Positions 9,953 through 20,358 are shown, numbered from the stretch's first letter. The stretch is 64,000 bases of DNA from an uncultured virus (IMG/VR IMGVR_UViG_3300025072_000003) (IMGVR_UViG_3300025072_000003), one strand, 5' to 3'. Notes: generated by a model from the sequence alone, not told the origin. Translations and numbers: made by a program.

Positions 9953-10126
9953 TTAAACTTCTGACACCTTTTTTAAATCTTTTTGTCGATGAACCATTGG
10001 CGACCCTTCCAACACGTAATAGGTATACCCATTTTGTATCCATCGGTCAGCAACAACGCCAGTGTATCCAGCTTTGATTTTGCCTCTGCCAGTGTGTTCA
10101 ACGGTTTCGCCAATTGCAAACTGCAT
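9953..10126 (-). CDS. small hypothetical protein, stop inside element
   Basis: Hand translation MQFAIGETVEHTGRG...KKVSEV*; GAGG RBS. Confidence 0.6.
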   Translation of the reverse strand: MQFAIGETVEHTGRGKIKAGYTGVVADRWIQNGYTYYVLEGSPMVHRQKDLKKVSEV

Positions 10127-10216
10127 GTTTTGCCTCTTAGGTAGGTGGTGGTTGCTTACAATACGCTATTGACCGAAACCGTACTATCTGACAATAATAA
10201 TTAAAAAAACCATATA

Positions 10217-10402
10217 CTAGAGGGGTAGCCTATCATAGTAGGAAACTAGTTGCCCAGAAGGGGTGAACATCTCAACAGTAAATTTGTGATTCTTCACGAA
10301 TCCACATGCGTGGATGCAAGCACTCTCCCACGTATTGAATAGCGCGACTACGGGGGACATGCGACCTATGTGGGTGGTTTTGATAATTGATACTTTATAC
10401 AT
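10217..10402 (-). CDS. small hypothetical protein (cassette)
   Basis: AGGA RBS; between elements. Confidence 0.65.
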   Translation of the reverse strand: MYKVSIIKTTHIGRMSPVVALFNTWESACIHACGFVKNHKFTVEMFTPSGQLVSYYDRLPL

Positions 10403-10475
10403 AGCGTTTTCCTTGTGAGGTGATTGGCTTACAATACGCTATTGACCGAAACCGTCCTATCTGACAATAATAATT

Positions 10476-10509
10476 AAAAAAAACGCCCCCCCGCGAGAGA
10501 GGGCGTTTT
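10476..10509 (-). terminator. Rho-independent terminator
   Basis: AAAACGCCC...GGGCG hairpin followed by a T-run on the - strand, just before element 10442. Confidence 0.65.
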
Positions 10510-11321
10510 AATTAAGCTGCTACGTCAACGTCAACGCTTCGGAATTGCGGGTACGCTTGCAGATACTTACGCGCTTGGCGTTTCGTCGTCTGGGTGCCGT
10601 GACTGTTGCACCACGCCTTAAAAGATGCGTGGTGAATCTGACTTCAACAAGTCAGCAGCGGTCAGTGGGCGAGTGGTAGGGGCTTTGGCCATGTAATTTA
10701 CTCCGAAGGAAAAAGGAAAGTGTTGCAATACGCTATTGATTGAAACTGTTCTATCTGACAACAATATTTAAAAAACCCACAACCAACAGGCTGGGTACAA
10801 TTTACCATGATAGAGAGTAAAAACGCCCAAGGTCAGGGCGTTTTAATTTTTATTTACATGAAAACCTTAACAGCCGTAATTGCTTTTAATAGCGTAACGA
10901 CTGCGACACGATAGCCTATTCCACACTTTGTTGAAATTTGTTTTCGGAAGTATCCCTCAAGGTGGCAAAGCATTTTGTATTCGTTCATCGGCTTCCCTCA
11001 GTTGGTGGTTGGCGGTTGTTACACTTGGCTATTGACTGAGAATTAAACTTCTGACAACTTTTTAGGGCGTTGCGTGGTAAGGGTTTAGAGCAACTCCATG
11101 CTAAAGCCAAAGTGACAGAACCCAGTTTCGTCGCTGAGAGCGTCAGCAACGTCCTCCACATCTTCTACGTCAACCGTCAATTCGGTTGGCAGGTCTATCA
11201 TTTCGCCGTCTGTATCCCATTTAATATCTGTACATTTAATTTTCATAGTTTGTGGTCCTCAGTAGAGAGAGTGATTGTCTTACAATAGGCTATTGACTGA
11301 GAATTGATTATCTGACAATAA

Positions 11322-11906
11322 TTAAATACTATTATCAACCTCTATTACTAGGTTGCGAAGTTCAAGCCCGCCATTGTTGATGTTTTTCCGTACCGCAGCC
11401 GATCCTTTAGCAACAGCAAGGGCAACAGCATTTACGGTCGCTGTAACAGATTCGGAATCTTCCTCCCATTCATCGCGATTCCACGAACACACTTCCCCCT
11501 CGTCGTCTACAATGGCGACAAACTCTCCCGTCCAAGCAAATACACCGGGGGAAAGTTCAACGCACTCATTGTAGTCCTTATAGTGGTCTGGTCGTTCTCC
11601 CGCTGCCTGTGCCTCCAATTTCGCCAGCTTCGCCTCTGCCTCTGCCAGCTTCGCCTCTGCCTTCTCACGTTCTAGTTCTCTCACGATAGCATTGTATCGA
11701 CCGTAGGCTTGATTGTACGCCTCTCGTGACGTTCCACTGCCCACCCTCATAAAGTTAGACTTTCGATCAACAGCACAAACTTCGGAAACAGTTTGGTAGC
11801 CAGCTTCGCCCCCGCACTTGAATCGAACTGGCGCATCAGCTTCCTCAAGGTATTCGTTTAGTTCCGCAACGCCTTCGCGTAAGTCTTTTACGGTGAATCG
11901 AGACAT
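11322..11906 (-). CDS. hypothetical protein (cassette)
   Basis: 194 aa; internal AEAKLA repeat; stop 3 nt from element. Confidence 0.8.
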   Translation of the reverse strand: MSRFTVKDLREGVAELNEYLEEADAPVRFKCGGEAGYQTVSEVCAVDRKSNFMRVGSGTSREAYNQAYGRYNAIVRELEREKAEAKLAEAEAKLAKLEAQAAGERPDHYKDYNECVELSPGVFAWTGEFVAIVDDEGEVCSWNRDEWEEDSESVTATVNAVALAVAKGSAAVRKNINNGGLELRNLVIEVDNSI

Positions 11907-12628
11907 TTTATTTTCTCTAGTGAGGTGGTTGTGTAAAATAAACAGGGGGCGAAGCGGTTCATCTCTTTGCCGCTTAGGGTATTCGTCAACTGCCAGCGGC
12001 AGTCTTCTCGTCCCATTTTCAACCCCTCGTTGTTAGGCTATTGACTGAGAATCAATTCTCTGACAACAATATTTAATTATTGCCTTCTAGCTGTCGAATT
12101 TGCCGTTCTGCGGCACTGGCGCTGCTTGCGTGCTTTCTTAGCACAGCCCTGGCTTCGTCTTTAGTCATGCCGCCCATGATGGTTGCGCCAACATCGGACA
12201 TTTTAAGCGTACTGCGAGCAATCTTAATTTGGTGCTTATCAAAAACATTCATTGTTTTTTCCTCAATAATGAGTTGAGTGATTGTCTTACATTAGGCTAT
12301 TGACTGAGAATCAACCCTCTGACAGACTAATTATAATCTTTCAGAGAATTACGGAATTGACTTCCGCGAGTACGTTGGCGCTTCGTTCGATTATCCATCT
12401 CCCCAGCACTCCCTCTACGTGGCTGGTGTCCCTTGCGCAATGGTTTGGCTTGAATTTCGATAGTGATAGTTTTCGATTTTCTGTTTGTCTTACCCATCGT
12501 GCTTGTCCTCAGTAGAGAGAGTTGATTGCCTTATACTATGGTATTGACTGAGAATCGAATATCTGACACACAAAATAAAAAACCTCGCTGGGCTAAGTAC
12601 CACCATAACCCAGCAAGGTCGAGAATGA

Positions 12629-12919
12629 CTAAGCGGCGGCAGCAACCTGAGTGCTACCCTCTGACATACCGTTAGCGGTCTGATTCGCCAGATACAGAGC
12701 GAAGCCAGAGTATGGCAACGGCTCACGAGCCAGCGCGTCAACGATTTCGAGCGTCAACTTTTTAATACCCAACTTTTGGGCTAGTTGGTGGATACCCGCA
12801 ACTTTGTCTTTGTGACATGCTGGGGTGACAACATTGGTGTGCCCCATTGCATACTGGGGTTTGAAGGGGATACCAACGGGCTTTGCCGTTGGTTTACGAT
12901 GGAGCGTTAATTTGCTCAT
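12629..12919 (-). CDS. hypothetical protein (cassette)
   Basis: Between elements; followed by a hairpin and T-run at ~12572-12620. Confidence 0.7.
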   Translation of the reverse strand: MSKLTLHRKPTAKPVGIPFKPQYAMGHTNVVTPACHKDKVAGIHQLAQKLGIKKLTLEIVDALAREPLPYSGFALYLANQTANGMSEGSTQVAAAA

Positions 12920-13103
12920 TTTCGCGTCTCTTTGGTTAGGTTTCGTTTAGTAACAATACGCTATTGACTGAGATATGATTTTCTGACAGCTATTTTACCA
13001 TTTCACAAGTCACCTCCTAAGCCTTAGATAGGGCTATATGGGACGTTCCCAAGATATAGCCGTGGATATTCAATATTTCAACGGAAACGCCTGTATCGCC
13101 CTC

Positions 13104-13355
13104 CTAGCCCCACTCAAACGCCTCACGCTCTTGGCACTCTAGCATTTGATCGCGGCGAAGGTCAGCCAGTTCCTCTTGTACGCCATCTTGCCATTGAGAA
13201 TCATCTTCATCATTCTCATGCGCCTCAAGAGTCTCAAGAGAAAATTGACGCCTAGCTCTAAAGAGGTATTCTTCGCAGCTTTCCCCATCATGCTGGGGTT
13301 CGCCAATAATTAGCGTGCAAGTCCCCTCGCATGTGCAATTCTTAATTTCCGTCAT
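13104..13355 (-). CDS. hypothetical protein (cassette)
   Basis: GAGG RBS downstream of element 13396. Confidence 0.65.
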   Translation of the reverse strand: MTEIKNCTCEGTCTLIIGEPQHDGESCEEYLFRARRQFSLETLEAHENDEDDSQWQDGVQEELADLRRDQMLECQEREAFEWG

Positions 13356-13422
13356 TGTCTCGCCTCTTAGGTTGGTGGTGGCTTACAATACGCTATTGAC
13401 TGAGATACGCCTATCTGACAAT

Positions 13423-13647
13423 TTAATTTTCAACTTCATCACAAAAGTTGGTTGCGCAATCCAAACTGACATCGGCGGTTAGTTGGGCAGCAATGCGGGC
13501 AATAACGTGGTCGCCAATATCACGCGCTCGTTGAATCTCATAAGTTCGCACATCTTTACGCATAGCTGCAATTGTTGCGCTGCCATCATACGACCATTTA
13601 ATATTATTGTAAATGTCGCAGATTCGTTCGTTGATTTCGCCTTGCAT
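13423..13647 (-). CDS. hypothetical protein (cassette)
   Basis: GAGGA RBS; stop 1 nt from element. Confidence 0.7.
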   Translation of the reverse strand: MQGEINERICDIYNNIKWSYDGSATIAAMRKDVRTYEIQRARDIGDHVIARIAAQLTADVSLDCATNFCDEVEN

Positions 13648-13721
13648 CGCGTTGTCCTCAGTTGGTGGTGGTTGGCTTACAATACGCTATTGACTGAGAT
13701 TTAATTATCTGACAACTAAGT

Positions 13722-14012
13722 TTAATAATTGTAGAGAAAGGTTTTCGTAAGTATTTCCGAATCTTCCTCTCGACTCTTTATCCCAAGGGTAACGCTTTTG
13801 CCATAGCCGGTGATGGTTTTTTTCTCCTCATTAATTGAGCAGAAGCCAGCGCCAACTACATTGCTGTAATCATTGCGAGTTTTTTGTTCTTCGTTCCACT
13901 TGGCAAATGGTTGCGCCATCTTAATGTGGTCGATCATTGGATTGAAAATAATGGCAACTGGGGGTCCGCCGTTATCTTCCACGATAATATACTTCGGATG
14001 GTCAAACATCAT
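13722..14012 (-). CDS. hypothetical phage protein (cassette)
   Basis: AGGA RBS; KYIIV...VVGAGFC...YGKSVTLGIKS. Confidence 0.8.
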   Translation of the reverse strand: MMFDHPKYIIVEDNGGPPVAIIFNPMIDHIKMAQPFAKWNEEQKTRNDYSNVVGAGFCSINEEKKTITGYGKSVTLGIKSREEDSEILTKTFLYNY

Positions 14013-14081
14013 GTTTTCCTAGTGGGTGGCGATTGTCTTACAATACGCTATTGACTGAGATTTAATTATCTGACAACAAAA

Positions 14082-14531
14082 TCACGCAGCTTGCGATTTT
14101 CCGTTGCACTTGGTTAATCGCCAAGTTGAGCAACCAAAGAACTTGCCAAATTTGCCCTTGCGTTCTTTGGTGGGTGCGCCACAAGCAGGGCAAGCAGGAC
14201 CAACATTTTCACGCCAGTTGTCGATACGTTTCTGCAAGTTAGTTGCCCACGTAGGAACGCGATGCACTCTCTTGTCGCCACTACAACACATAATGCCATC
14301 ATCGGTGCGAATGAATAGGCTAACGCGAATGGCGTCTTTACCAGCAGGGCGGGAATGACCATCGGGGTTGATTGCAGAGTAAACCCGCATTGATAGCTTG
14401 CGACCATCAAAATCAACTACCTTGCCCCAAACTAATTCGTTGCAATTGTCAAGGGACATAGGACGGAAACCTTGAGCTTCCAAAAAATCGCCCATCTCTT
14501 GCTTCGATACGGGGTAGAAGTTTTTTGACAT
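14082..14531 (-). CDS. protein with C-terminal topoisomerase-type C4 zinc ribbon
   Basis: CPACGAPTKERKGKFGKFFGCSTW..C matches the TopA zinc-ribbon pattern. Confidence 0.75.
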   Translation of the reverse strand: MSKNFYPVSKQEMGDFLEAQGFRPMSLDNCNELVWGKVVDFDGRKLSMRVYSAINPDGHSRPAGKDAIRVSLFIRTDDGIMCCSGDKRVHRVPTWATNLQKRIDNWRENVGPACPACGAPTKERKGKFGKFFGCSTWRLTKCNGKSQAA

Positions 14532-14605
14532 TGTTTTGTCCTCAGGTGGTTGCGACTGTCTTACAATACGCTATTGACCGAGATCGAACTATCTGACAAC
14601 TATTT

Positions 14606-15007
14606 TTACCATTGTCGTTTATTTTCCGTCATTCGTTGCCAATAATCCTCGACAACATAACCAATGTCGGGGTTGGCGGTTGTTCGTTCTTTCAACTCTT
14701 GTACGAACAGAAACCGATGCCTGATACCCTTGTCGAACCCACCGGGGCATTGTGTTGGCACTTTACCAACTTTCATAACCAATATGTAACAGTACATGCC
14801 TTTACAGCTTCCCGTTGCCATGAGAGTGTAACCCTCTGGCACCTTGAAATCGGCACCTAAGTCCCACTTATAGGTTTCAGGTGTCACCGTATACAACCGA
14901 CGAAATTGTGTTCGCCCATTGTAACGATATTGCAGGCACGACCCAGTATTCTCGAATCCGTTGCAGTCAACGCCGATCAGGTCAGTATCTTGCTCAATAG
15001 TAGTCAT
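14606..15007 (-). CDS. hypothetical protein flanked by perfect 73-bp direct repeats
   Basis: Repeats at 14533-14605 and 15009-15081. Confidence 0.8.
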   Translation of the reverse strand: MTTIEQDTDLIGVDCNGFENTGSCLQYRYNGRTQFRRLYTVTPETYKWDLGADFKVPEGYTLMATGSCKGMYCYILVMKVGKVPTQCPGGFDKGIRHRFLFVQELKERTTANPDIGYVVEDYWQRMTENKRQW

Positions 15008-15075
15008 CGTTTTGTCCTCAGGTGGTTGCGACTGTCTTACAATACGCTATTGACCGAGATCGAACTATCTGACAA

Positions 15076-15480
15076 CTATTTATTTAATTCCCACCTAAAT
15101 CGTCGCTGAATGTTATGGGTGACAGTGATTCGCCAAGCCTCCCCAAGATACTTGTCGGTGAAATCAATCCACTCGCCTAGCTGATTGGTACAAGCAATTT
15201 CGGGCAGGTTTAATGCTTTGAATAGTTGATTCAATCCACGGGCACCAGTGCCACCATAGCCCCAAGAGAAGCCACCAAAGCGAACAGTACCCTTGTCGCC
15301 ACGCACAATCACGCCAACGTGGTTGATTCCGTTTCTACCCTTATACAGGTAGCCACGCACGTACATTAGGTTGCCAATCTTGCTTAGGTGCTTGAGGGAT
15401 TTTAGTGATCGGTTGGTGCTTCCACCGCCACGGCGAATCTTGCCATCGTAACTGTCTTTTTCTACAAATTGATAAGCCAT
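15076..15480 (-). CDS. hypothetical protein (cassette)
   Basis: FSWGYGGTG motif; TAG flush with element. Confidence 0.8.
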   Translation of the reverse strand: MAYQFVEKDSYDGKIRRGGGSTNRSLKSLKHLSKIGNLMYVRGYLYKGRNGINHVGVIVRGDKGTVRFGGFSWGYGGTGARGLNQLFKALNLPEIACTNQLGEWIDFTDKYLGEAWRITVTHNIQRRFRWELNK

Positions 15481-15556
15481 TGTTTTTTCCTCAGTTGAGT
15501 GGTGGTTGCTTTACAATACGTTATTGACTGAGATTTAATTATCTGACACACAAAAT

Positions 15557-15589
15557 AAAAAAACCGCCCCCCACTTCAAGGGGCGGTTT
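15557..15589 (-). terminator. Rho-independent terminator
   Basis: CCGCCCC/GGGGCGG stem plus T-run on the - strand, just before element 15524. Confidence 0.75.
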
Positions 15590-15619
15590 AATTTTACTCA
15601 ATCGTCAAATTAAATCGAC

Positions 15620-15916
15620 TTAGGCGGCTTCGACCAAACCGATTGCAACATGCGTAGGGCGACCACGCTTGCCCGTAGGCGACCCGCCAGTGAACTCACG
15701 CTTCACAATGCTCACTTGCGACTCGAAAGGATTAAACTTAGCCTTGTCGTTGTTCGCAACATAGGTGCGAGCTTTGGCAACAATTTCATCGGTCGAGATC
15801 GTGTTAAGATCCCAGTCATTGTCAGCAAAGTATTGCATAGCACGTCGAAGCAATGCGCTCATGTTGTACTTTTTCTTCGGCTTTGCGGGGGACTTCTTTG
15901 TGGACTTCTTTGCCAT
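15620..15916 (-). CDS. small basic putative DNA-binding protein
   Basis: Lys-rich N-terminus MAKKSTKKSPAKPKKK and AT-hook-like KRGRP; start re-assigned. Confidence 0.65.
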   Translation of the reverse strand: MAKKSTKKSPAKPKKKYNMSALLRRAMQYFADNDWDLNTISTDEIVAKARTYVANNDKAKFNPFESQVSIVKREFTGGSPTGKRGRPTHVAIGLVEAA

Positions 15917-16122
15917 GGTAAACGTCTCTTTCGTCAAGGGAACAGGGTATTGACCAGATTCGGTCGTTTGTTTTGACCTCACATGGGTCATTGTCTTACA
16001 GTACGCTATTGACCGAGATTTAATTATCTGACAGACAATATAAAGTTTTTCTTATCCTTTTTTTATCGTGCTTGCCAATATGACAAGTGCTAAGAAACAG
16101 GCTAGATTGTATTCTAGTGGTG

Positions 16123-16512
16123 TCATTCCGACACCCAAAGGGTAACTGTTTCTTCATCAACTCGCAATGAGTGTTTGAATTGATTGAAATCACAAACCCC
16201 TTGAATCATACTTTTGCACTCGATTGCAAATTGTTCGTTGCTTCTGCAATCCCACACAAACGATGTTGTTTTTGGTCCATTCTCGATCAGGTTATCAGCG
16301 CCAATGGTATCCATGTAGGCATATAGCGCTTGCTTTGTTTCAAACGTGCCATCATGCCCAATCATCAGCACGATTTTTGTTCTCGTAAAGGTTTTATATT
16401 CCCCCCCATTTTGGCAGGGAGAATCTACCTCTGCAAAATCTTCGTCAAAATCTTCGTCAAAGTCAAAATCACCAAATTCACTGAAGTATTCATCTAGTTC
16501 TTCTTCGTCCAT
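16123..16512 (-). CDS. hypothetical protein with acidic N-terminus
   Basis: GAGGA RBS; D/E/F-rich first 30 aa. Confidence 0.75.
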   Translation of the reverse strand: MDEEELDEYFSEFGDFDFDEDFDEDFAEVDSPCQNGGEYKTFTRTKIVLMIGHDGTFETKQALYAYMDTIGADNLIENGPKTTSFVWDCRSNEQFAIECKSMIQGVCDFNQFKHSLRVDEETVTLWVSE

Positions 16513-16564
16513 TGATTCCTCGTTGGTGTTTGTTGCTTACAATAGGCTATTGACTGAGAATTGA

Positions 16565-16981
16565 TTATCTGACAACTTCTCTTTTAATTTTGTCCAAGTC
16601 AAGATAAACGATATAGCAAGATAATATTTTTCGTTTATCGGTTTTCCTTGGTGCTGTATCGACAACCGTTTTCCCTCTTGCGTCCAACACAACAACATGC
16701 CCTTGCACTTGAATGATGTACCCGCAGGTGATTGCATCGGATAGTTTAGCGAGTGTCGCCCTAGCCCCGCCAACGCTCATTCCTTTGACGTTAGAGCCTC
16801 TTGAGCGTACAGTGTATTTCTTACGAACAGCGTACACAACGTCTTTGATGGTATGCAGGTATCTCGTTTGATGCTGACAACCAAAGTATCTAACAGCAGC
16901 TAGGGCGCAAATATTTTTGTTTGTATTGTGAGGGTTATTGCTTTTGGCACGAGATGTTTTACGGCAGGTGGCTTGAGTCAT
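16565..16981 (-). CDS. hypothetical protein, stop inside element
   Basis: Ends ...VVR* within element 16550. Confidence 0.8.
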   Translation of the reverse strand: MTQATCRKTSRAKSNNPHNTNKNICALAAVRYFGCQHQTRYLHTIKDVVYAVRKKYTVRSRGSNVKGMSVGGARATLAKLSDAITCGYIIQVQGHVVVLDARGKTVVDTAPRKTDKRKILSCYIVYLDLDKIKREVVR

Positions 16982-17035
16982 TGGTTTTGCTCGCTAGTTG
17001 GTGGTTGTTGCTTACAATACGCTATTGACTGAGAT

Positions 17036-17290
17036 TTAATTATCTGACAATCTATTTTTGACATAATGACACATGCCAATTGTTTTAATATCTTCGCCAG
17101 TGAATGTGAACCACTCGCCCCCGCCTAGAAGTCCCTCATTCATTGCGTGGGGGTGTACTCCCTTTAGTTCGCAAAATGCGTCCCAATTGCCGCAAGTTAT
17201 GATTGATTGCGCGGTTAGCTGCACTCTCATCGTATTCATTGTTTTCTCTTTCAACAGTAGGTGGAAACAGGGTTCGCAGAACGGCGACAC
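17036..17290 (-). CDS. hypothetical protein, stop inside element
   Basis: Ends LSDN*; true start probably the internal MNTMRV. Confidence 0.6.
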   Translation of the reverse strand: MSPFCEPCFHLLLKEKTMNTMRVQLTAQSIITCGNWDAFCELKGVHPHAMNEGLLGGGEWFTFTGEDIKTIGMCHYVKNRLSDN

Positions 17291-17771
17291 CCTGGATACC
17301 CTTTTTGCCCTTACAAGATCGCCAAGTATCAGACGATAGGCTTAGTTATCTCCTGGCATGACTTGTCCTCTTGTTGAGTGTTGCGGCGGTTATAATATGC
17401 TATTGACTGAGATTTAATTATCTGACAGGTGTTTAGAAATTTTCTCGCAACAGACGTTCTACCTCTGTATCGTCATTCGCTTTGAGTGCTGCGACGATCC
17501 CTTCGTCATCAAGTGCGATAACAGGTGTAATAAGATGTTTTTCACACAATTCTGCAAATTCATTTTTGGTCATTTAATTTTCCTTAAAAAGCAAAACGAT
17601 AGGAAGCAAGCAGCTTACACGCGAATCAAGCTAAGTGATTCTGTCTCACCCGCACCTCCACGCCTGTGGCATAATAGGAGGATGTAAGGATTGTTGACGT
17701 GTTAGACCTTGCTACTTGCGAGTAGGTCAACTCTTTTTCCTTCGTCTTACAATACGCTATTGACTGAGATT

Positions 17772-18170
17772 TTAATTTCTGACAAATCCAAGTGGATTTT
17801 CTTCAATTACTTTCCTCGCCTTTTTGTAGGCTTGATAATTAGCCCAAACAGCGTTTAAGTCATCGCCGGGGTATTGTGCCATTTTCTTTAACAGCATGAT
17901 AGCTTCACCAGCCATTGTGGGAGTGATGTCGCGGTGCATTGCCTCACCATAGACCACCTGGGTTGGCTTCCTGTAGGTGTCGCCATCTATCCCGATATAG
18001 GGAACCATCATTGAGTTGGACTCTTGCGAGTGTGTTGGCTTTGCCCCTAAACGTGTTAGCAATGCCCTCACAGCATCGGCTGATATACCCAACTTGCGTG
18101 CTGCGCTGAACACGTTTTGCTTGACGTTCTTACCAGCGTTATATTTTCGTCGAAACATCATTCTCTCCAA
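17772..18170 (-). CDS. hypothetical protein, stop inside element
   Basis: Ends VRN*; GGAGA RBS near the internal ATG. Confidence 0.75.
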   Translation of the reverse strand: MERMMFRRKYNAGKNVKQNVFSAARKLGISADAVRALLTRLGAKPTHSQESNSMMVPYIGIDGDTYRKPTQVVYGEAMHRDITPTMAGEAIMLLKKMAQYPGDDLNAVWANYQAYKKARKVIEENPLGFVRN

Positions 18171-18214
18171 GGGGCGTTTTAATTTAACTCTTACAGTACG
18201 CTATTGACTGAAAA

Positions 18215-18562
18215 TTAAACTTCTGACAACTCTTTGTTGTCGTTTACTTGTTTTCGCCACTGTAGTTCCACTGCGTCGGGAATACTCGGAATTTTGGTTC
18301 TGGCGATTATTTTATCATCATGGTCAATTTCAATTACCACATCAATTCCATCAGCAAACGTCAATGCGTTATAATTGTTGTTGGTATCTACAGATTGAAC
18401 CAATCGAGCTAGACCCGTTTTTCTAAGCCAGTCATAGAGAACAGAACGGTTGGGTGCTATCACCCACTTGATTAGGTGATCTGTAGCGTCCGTTCCACCA
18501 TCGAAGCCTTGCAGTGTCAACTCAAAGAATTTCATTTTGCATTTCCTATGTTTAATTAGCAA
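18215..18562 (-). CDS. hypothetical protein, stop inside element
   Basis: Ends LSEV*; true start probably MKFFEL. Confidence 0.75.
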   Translation of the reverse strand: MLIKHRKCKMKFFELTLQGFDGGTDATDHLIKWVIAPNRSVLYDWLRKTGLARLVQSVDTNNNYNALTFADGIDVVIEIDHDDKIIARTKIPSIPDAVELQWRKQVNDNKELSEV

Positions 18563-18655
18563 GGTGGCGACCTAACCACTCCATCTACCCCACTCATCGC
18601 AGGGCGACTCGGAGAAGATGTCCACCACCTTGCTCATTGTGTTATTGCGTGAGAA

Positions 18656-19024
18656 TTAAACTTCTGACAAACTAATATCATAAGCATCAAAAATTGTTCG
18701 CCAGTATTCGGTAACTGGATTAGATTCCTGGCACGCTTCCCTTACATACTCGACACCATCGGTGGTAAGGTCATTTTCGAGCCACACGCCGATTTTCCAA
18801 TCATCAGCAACTTCGTGAGCATTTATGCAATCTTCACCGCAACCGCAGTGCTGGGGGCAATCTGATTCGCCAATGTCACTACACAGCTTAGGGTATTCGC
18901 CAGAGTCATAGGAAGTTTGGTCATCAATGTCGGCGGGTGCGTTACCAGCGTCGTTGATTTCCTGGCAGATTGCTTCGCCACATTCCTTGCAGTAAACGTC
19001 AGCATCGTAAATATAAACTTCCAT
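18656..19024 (-). CDS. acidic Cys-containing hypothetical protein
   Basis: YDADVYCKECG...CPQHCGC; ends LSEV* in element. Confidence 0.8.
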   Translation of the reverse strand: MEVYIYDADVYCKECGEAICQEINDAGNAPADIDDQTSYDSGEYPKLCSDIGESDCPQHCGCGEDCINAHEVADDWKIGVWLENDLTTDGVEYVREACQESNPVTEYWRTIFDAYDISLSEV

Positions 19025-19081
19025 TTTGTTTCCTCAGGTTGGTTGGGTTGGTCTTACACGATGCTATTGACTGAGATTTAA

Positions 19082-19339
19082 TTATCTGACAGGTATTCCA
19101 ACAAATTCCAACGCACTATCGGTAACTGTAACAATTTCGTGACAGTACGTTCTATCCTTGCATACGCCAGCTTTGAATGGTTCAAGGTCAGTGAAATTAT
19201 CTACTTTCACATCGCCAGTAACGGAAACCACAAACTGGTCATTTATCGGGACAATTCGCTCAACGCTTTCCCCACGGTGGTCAACTAAGCGAATTAGAAT
19301 GGCAAGTGCTTCGGCGTCGTGTACTTTGAAATGAGTCAT
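19082..19339 (-). CDS. hypothetical protein (cassette)
   Basis: GGAGA RBS; stop inside element. Confidence 0.7.
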   Translation of the reverse strand: MTHFKVHDAEALAILIRLVDHRGESVERIVPINDQFVVSVTGDVKVDNFTDLEPFKAGVCKDRTYCHEIVTVTDSALEFVGIPVR

Positions 19340-19398
19340 TGAATGGTTTCTCCTTACAGTACGCTATTGACTGAGATTTAATTATCTGACAACTATCT

Positions 19399-19758
19399 TT
19401 AAATATCTTCACTTTCGTAAGGTGACATACTGGTGCGACATTCTGGGCATCGGTCATCGCAGGTGCAATCATCCTCCATATCCCACTCGTGCCCACACTC
19501 GCACTTATAGTGGTTGAGGAAGTATTGTTCTAACACCTTATGTTCGTTCCCATTTACCAAAATCACGATTCGAGGTGATTTACTTTTGTGCATAGCTACC
19601 AGCATATCAGCCGCTCGCAATGCTTCCTCTTTGTCGCTTGCTTCCTCAGTGTCGCCAAGGTGCGTAGGGTCCTCGCCATCAACCACGCCGTATGCGCCAA
19701 TCAGCCACGTATCCGGCTCTTTGTGGTAGTTTACCAATATGTCGATTATTTCGTACAT
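19399..19758 (-). CDS. hypothetical protein with C-terminal Zn ribbon
   Basis: YKCECGHEW...DDRCPEC. Confidence 0.75.
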   Translation of the reverse strand: MYEIIDILVNYHKEPDTWLIGAYGVVDGEDPTHLGDTEEASDKEEALRAADMLVAMHKSKSPRIVILVNGNEHKVLEQYFLNHYKCECGHEWDMEDDCTCDDRCPECRTSMSPYESEDI

Positions 19759-19759
19759 C

Positions 19760-20026
19760 TTAATTCCCTTCTACTCCATCTTTCCACAATTTAATTTCGT
19801 CGGGAACGTCTGTAAATGCACTATTAACAGCATCAAGTTTCGCTTTCCAAGCAGCGTCCCATACTTTAACAGCCTCTCGCATTTCCTCCACGCTGAGTAC
19901 AGCGTGAACACTCCCTACAACCTGAAAGTCGTCGTCCCTTAGTGCAACTGTCACCGGAACACCAGAAACTCTCATTTCTTCGGGATTAAGGTCAAAAACA
20001 TGAACAGCATTGGTTGGTTTCTTCAT
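19760..20026 (-). CDS. hypothetical protein
   Basis: GGAGA RBS; first gene of a two-gene unit. Confidence 0.7.
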   Translation of the reverse strand: MKKPTNAVHVFDLNPEEMRVSGVPVTVALRDDDFQVVGSVHAVLSVEEMREAVKVWDAAWKAKLDAVNSAFTDVPDEIKLWKDGVEGN

Positions 20027-20079
20027 TTTGGTTTCTCCAAGGGCGTTTTAATTTAACTAATACGCTATTGACTGAGATT

Positions 20080-20358
20080 CTAATTTCTGACACATGTATC
20101 AGAAATTAAAACGCCCGCCTGAGTGATAGAGTGAATCTCCTTTGCTTCCAAGATTGTGGTCAGTACGCACCAATAAGCGTCACCAAAATTGAAAAAGCAA
20201 TAGAATGTATCGCCACAGTATGGCTCACCCATAGCGAAGCCATTTAGGAAGTAGGCTTCTGGGGGCAAACTGCCAAGAGCTTCATAGTATTCGTCCTCAG
20301 TACACTTGGCAGCACCGCAAGACTTAGCACGTTCAAAGCAACTTTTTGTTTCTGGCAT
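20080..20358 (-). CDS. hypothetical phage protein
   Basis: EYYEALGSLPP...FAMGEP motif; stop inside element. Confidence 0.75.
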   Translation of the reverse strand: MPETKSCFERAKSCGAAKCTEDEYYEALGSLPPEAYFLNGFAMGEPYCGDTFYCFFNFGDAYWCVLTTILEAKEIHSITQAGVLISDTCVRN

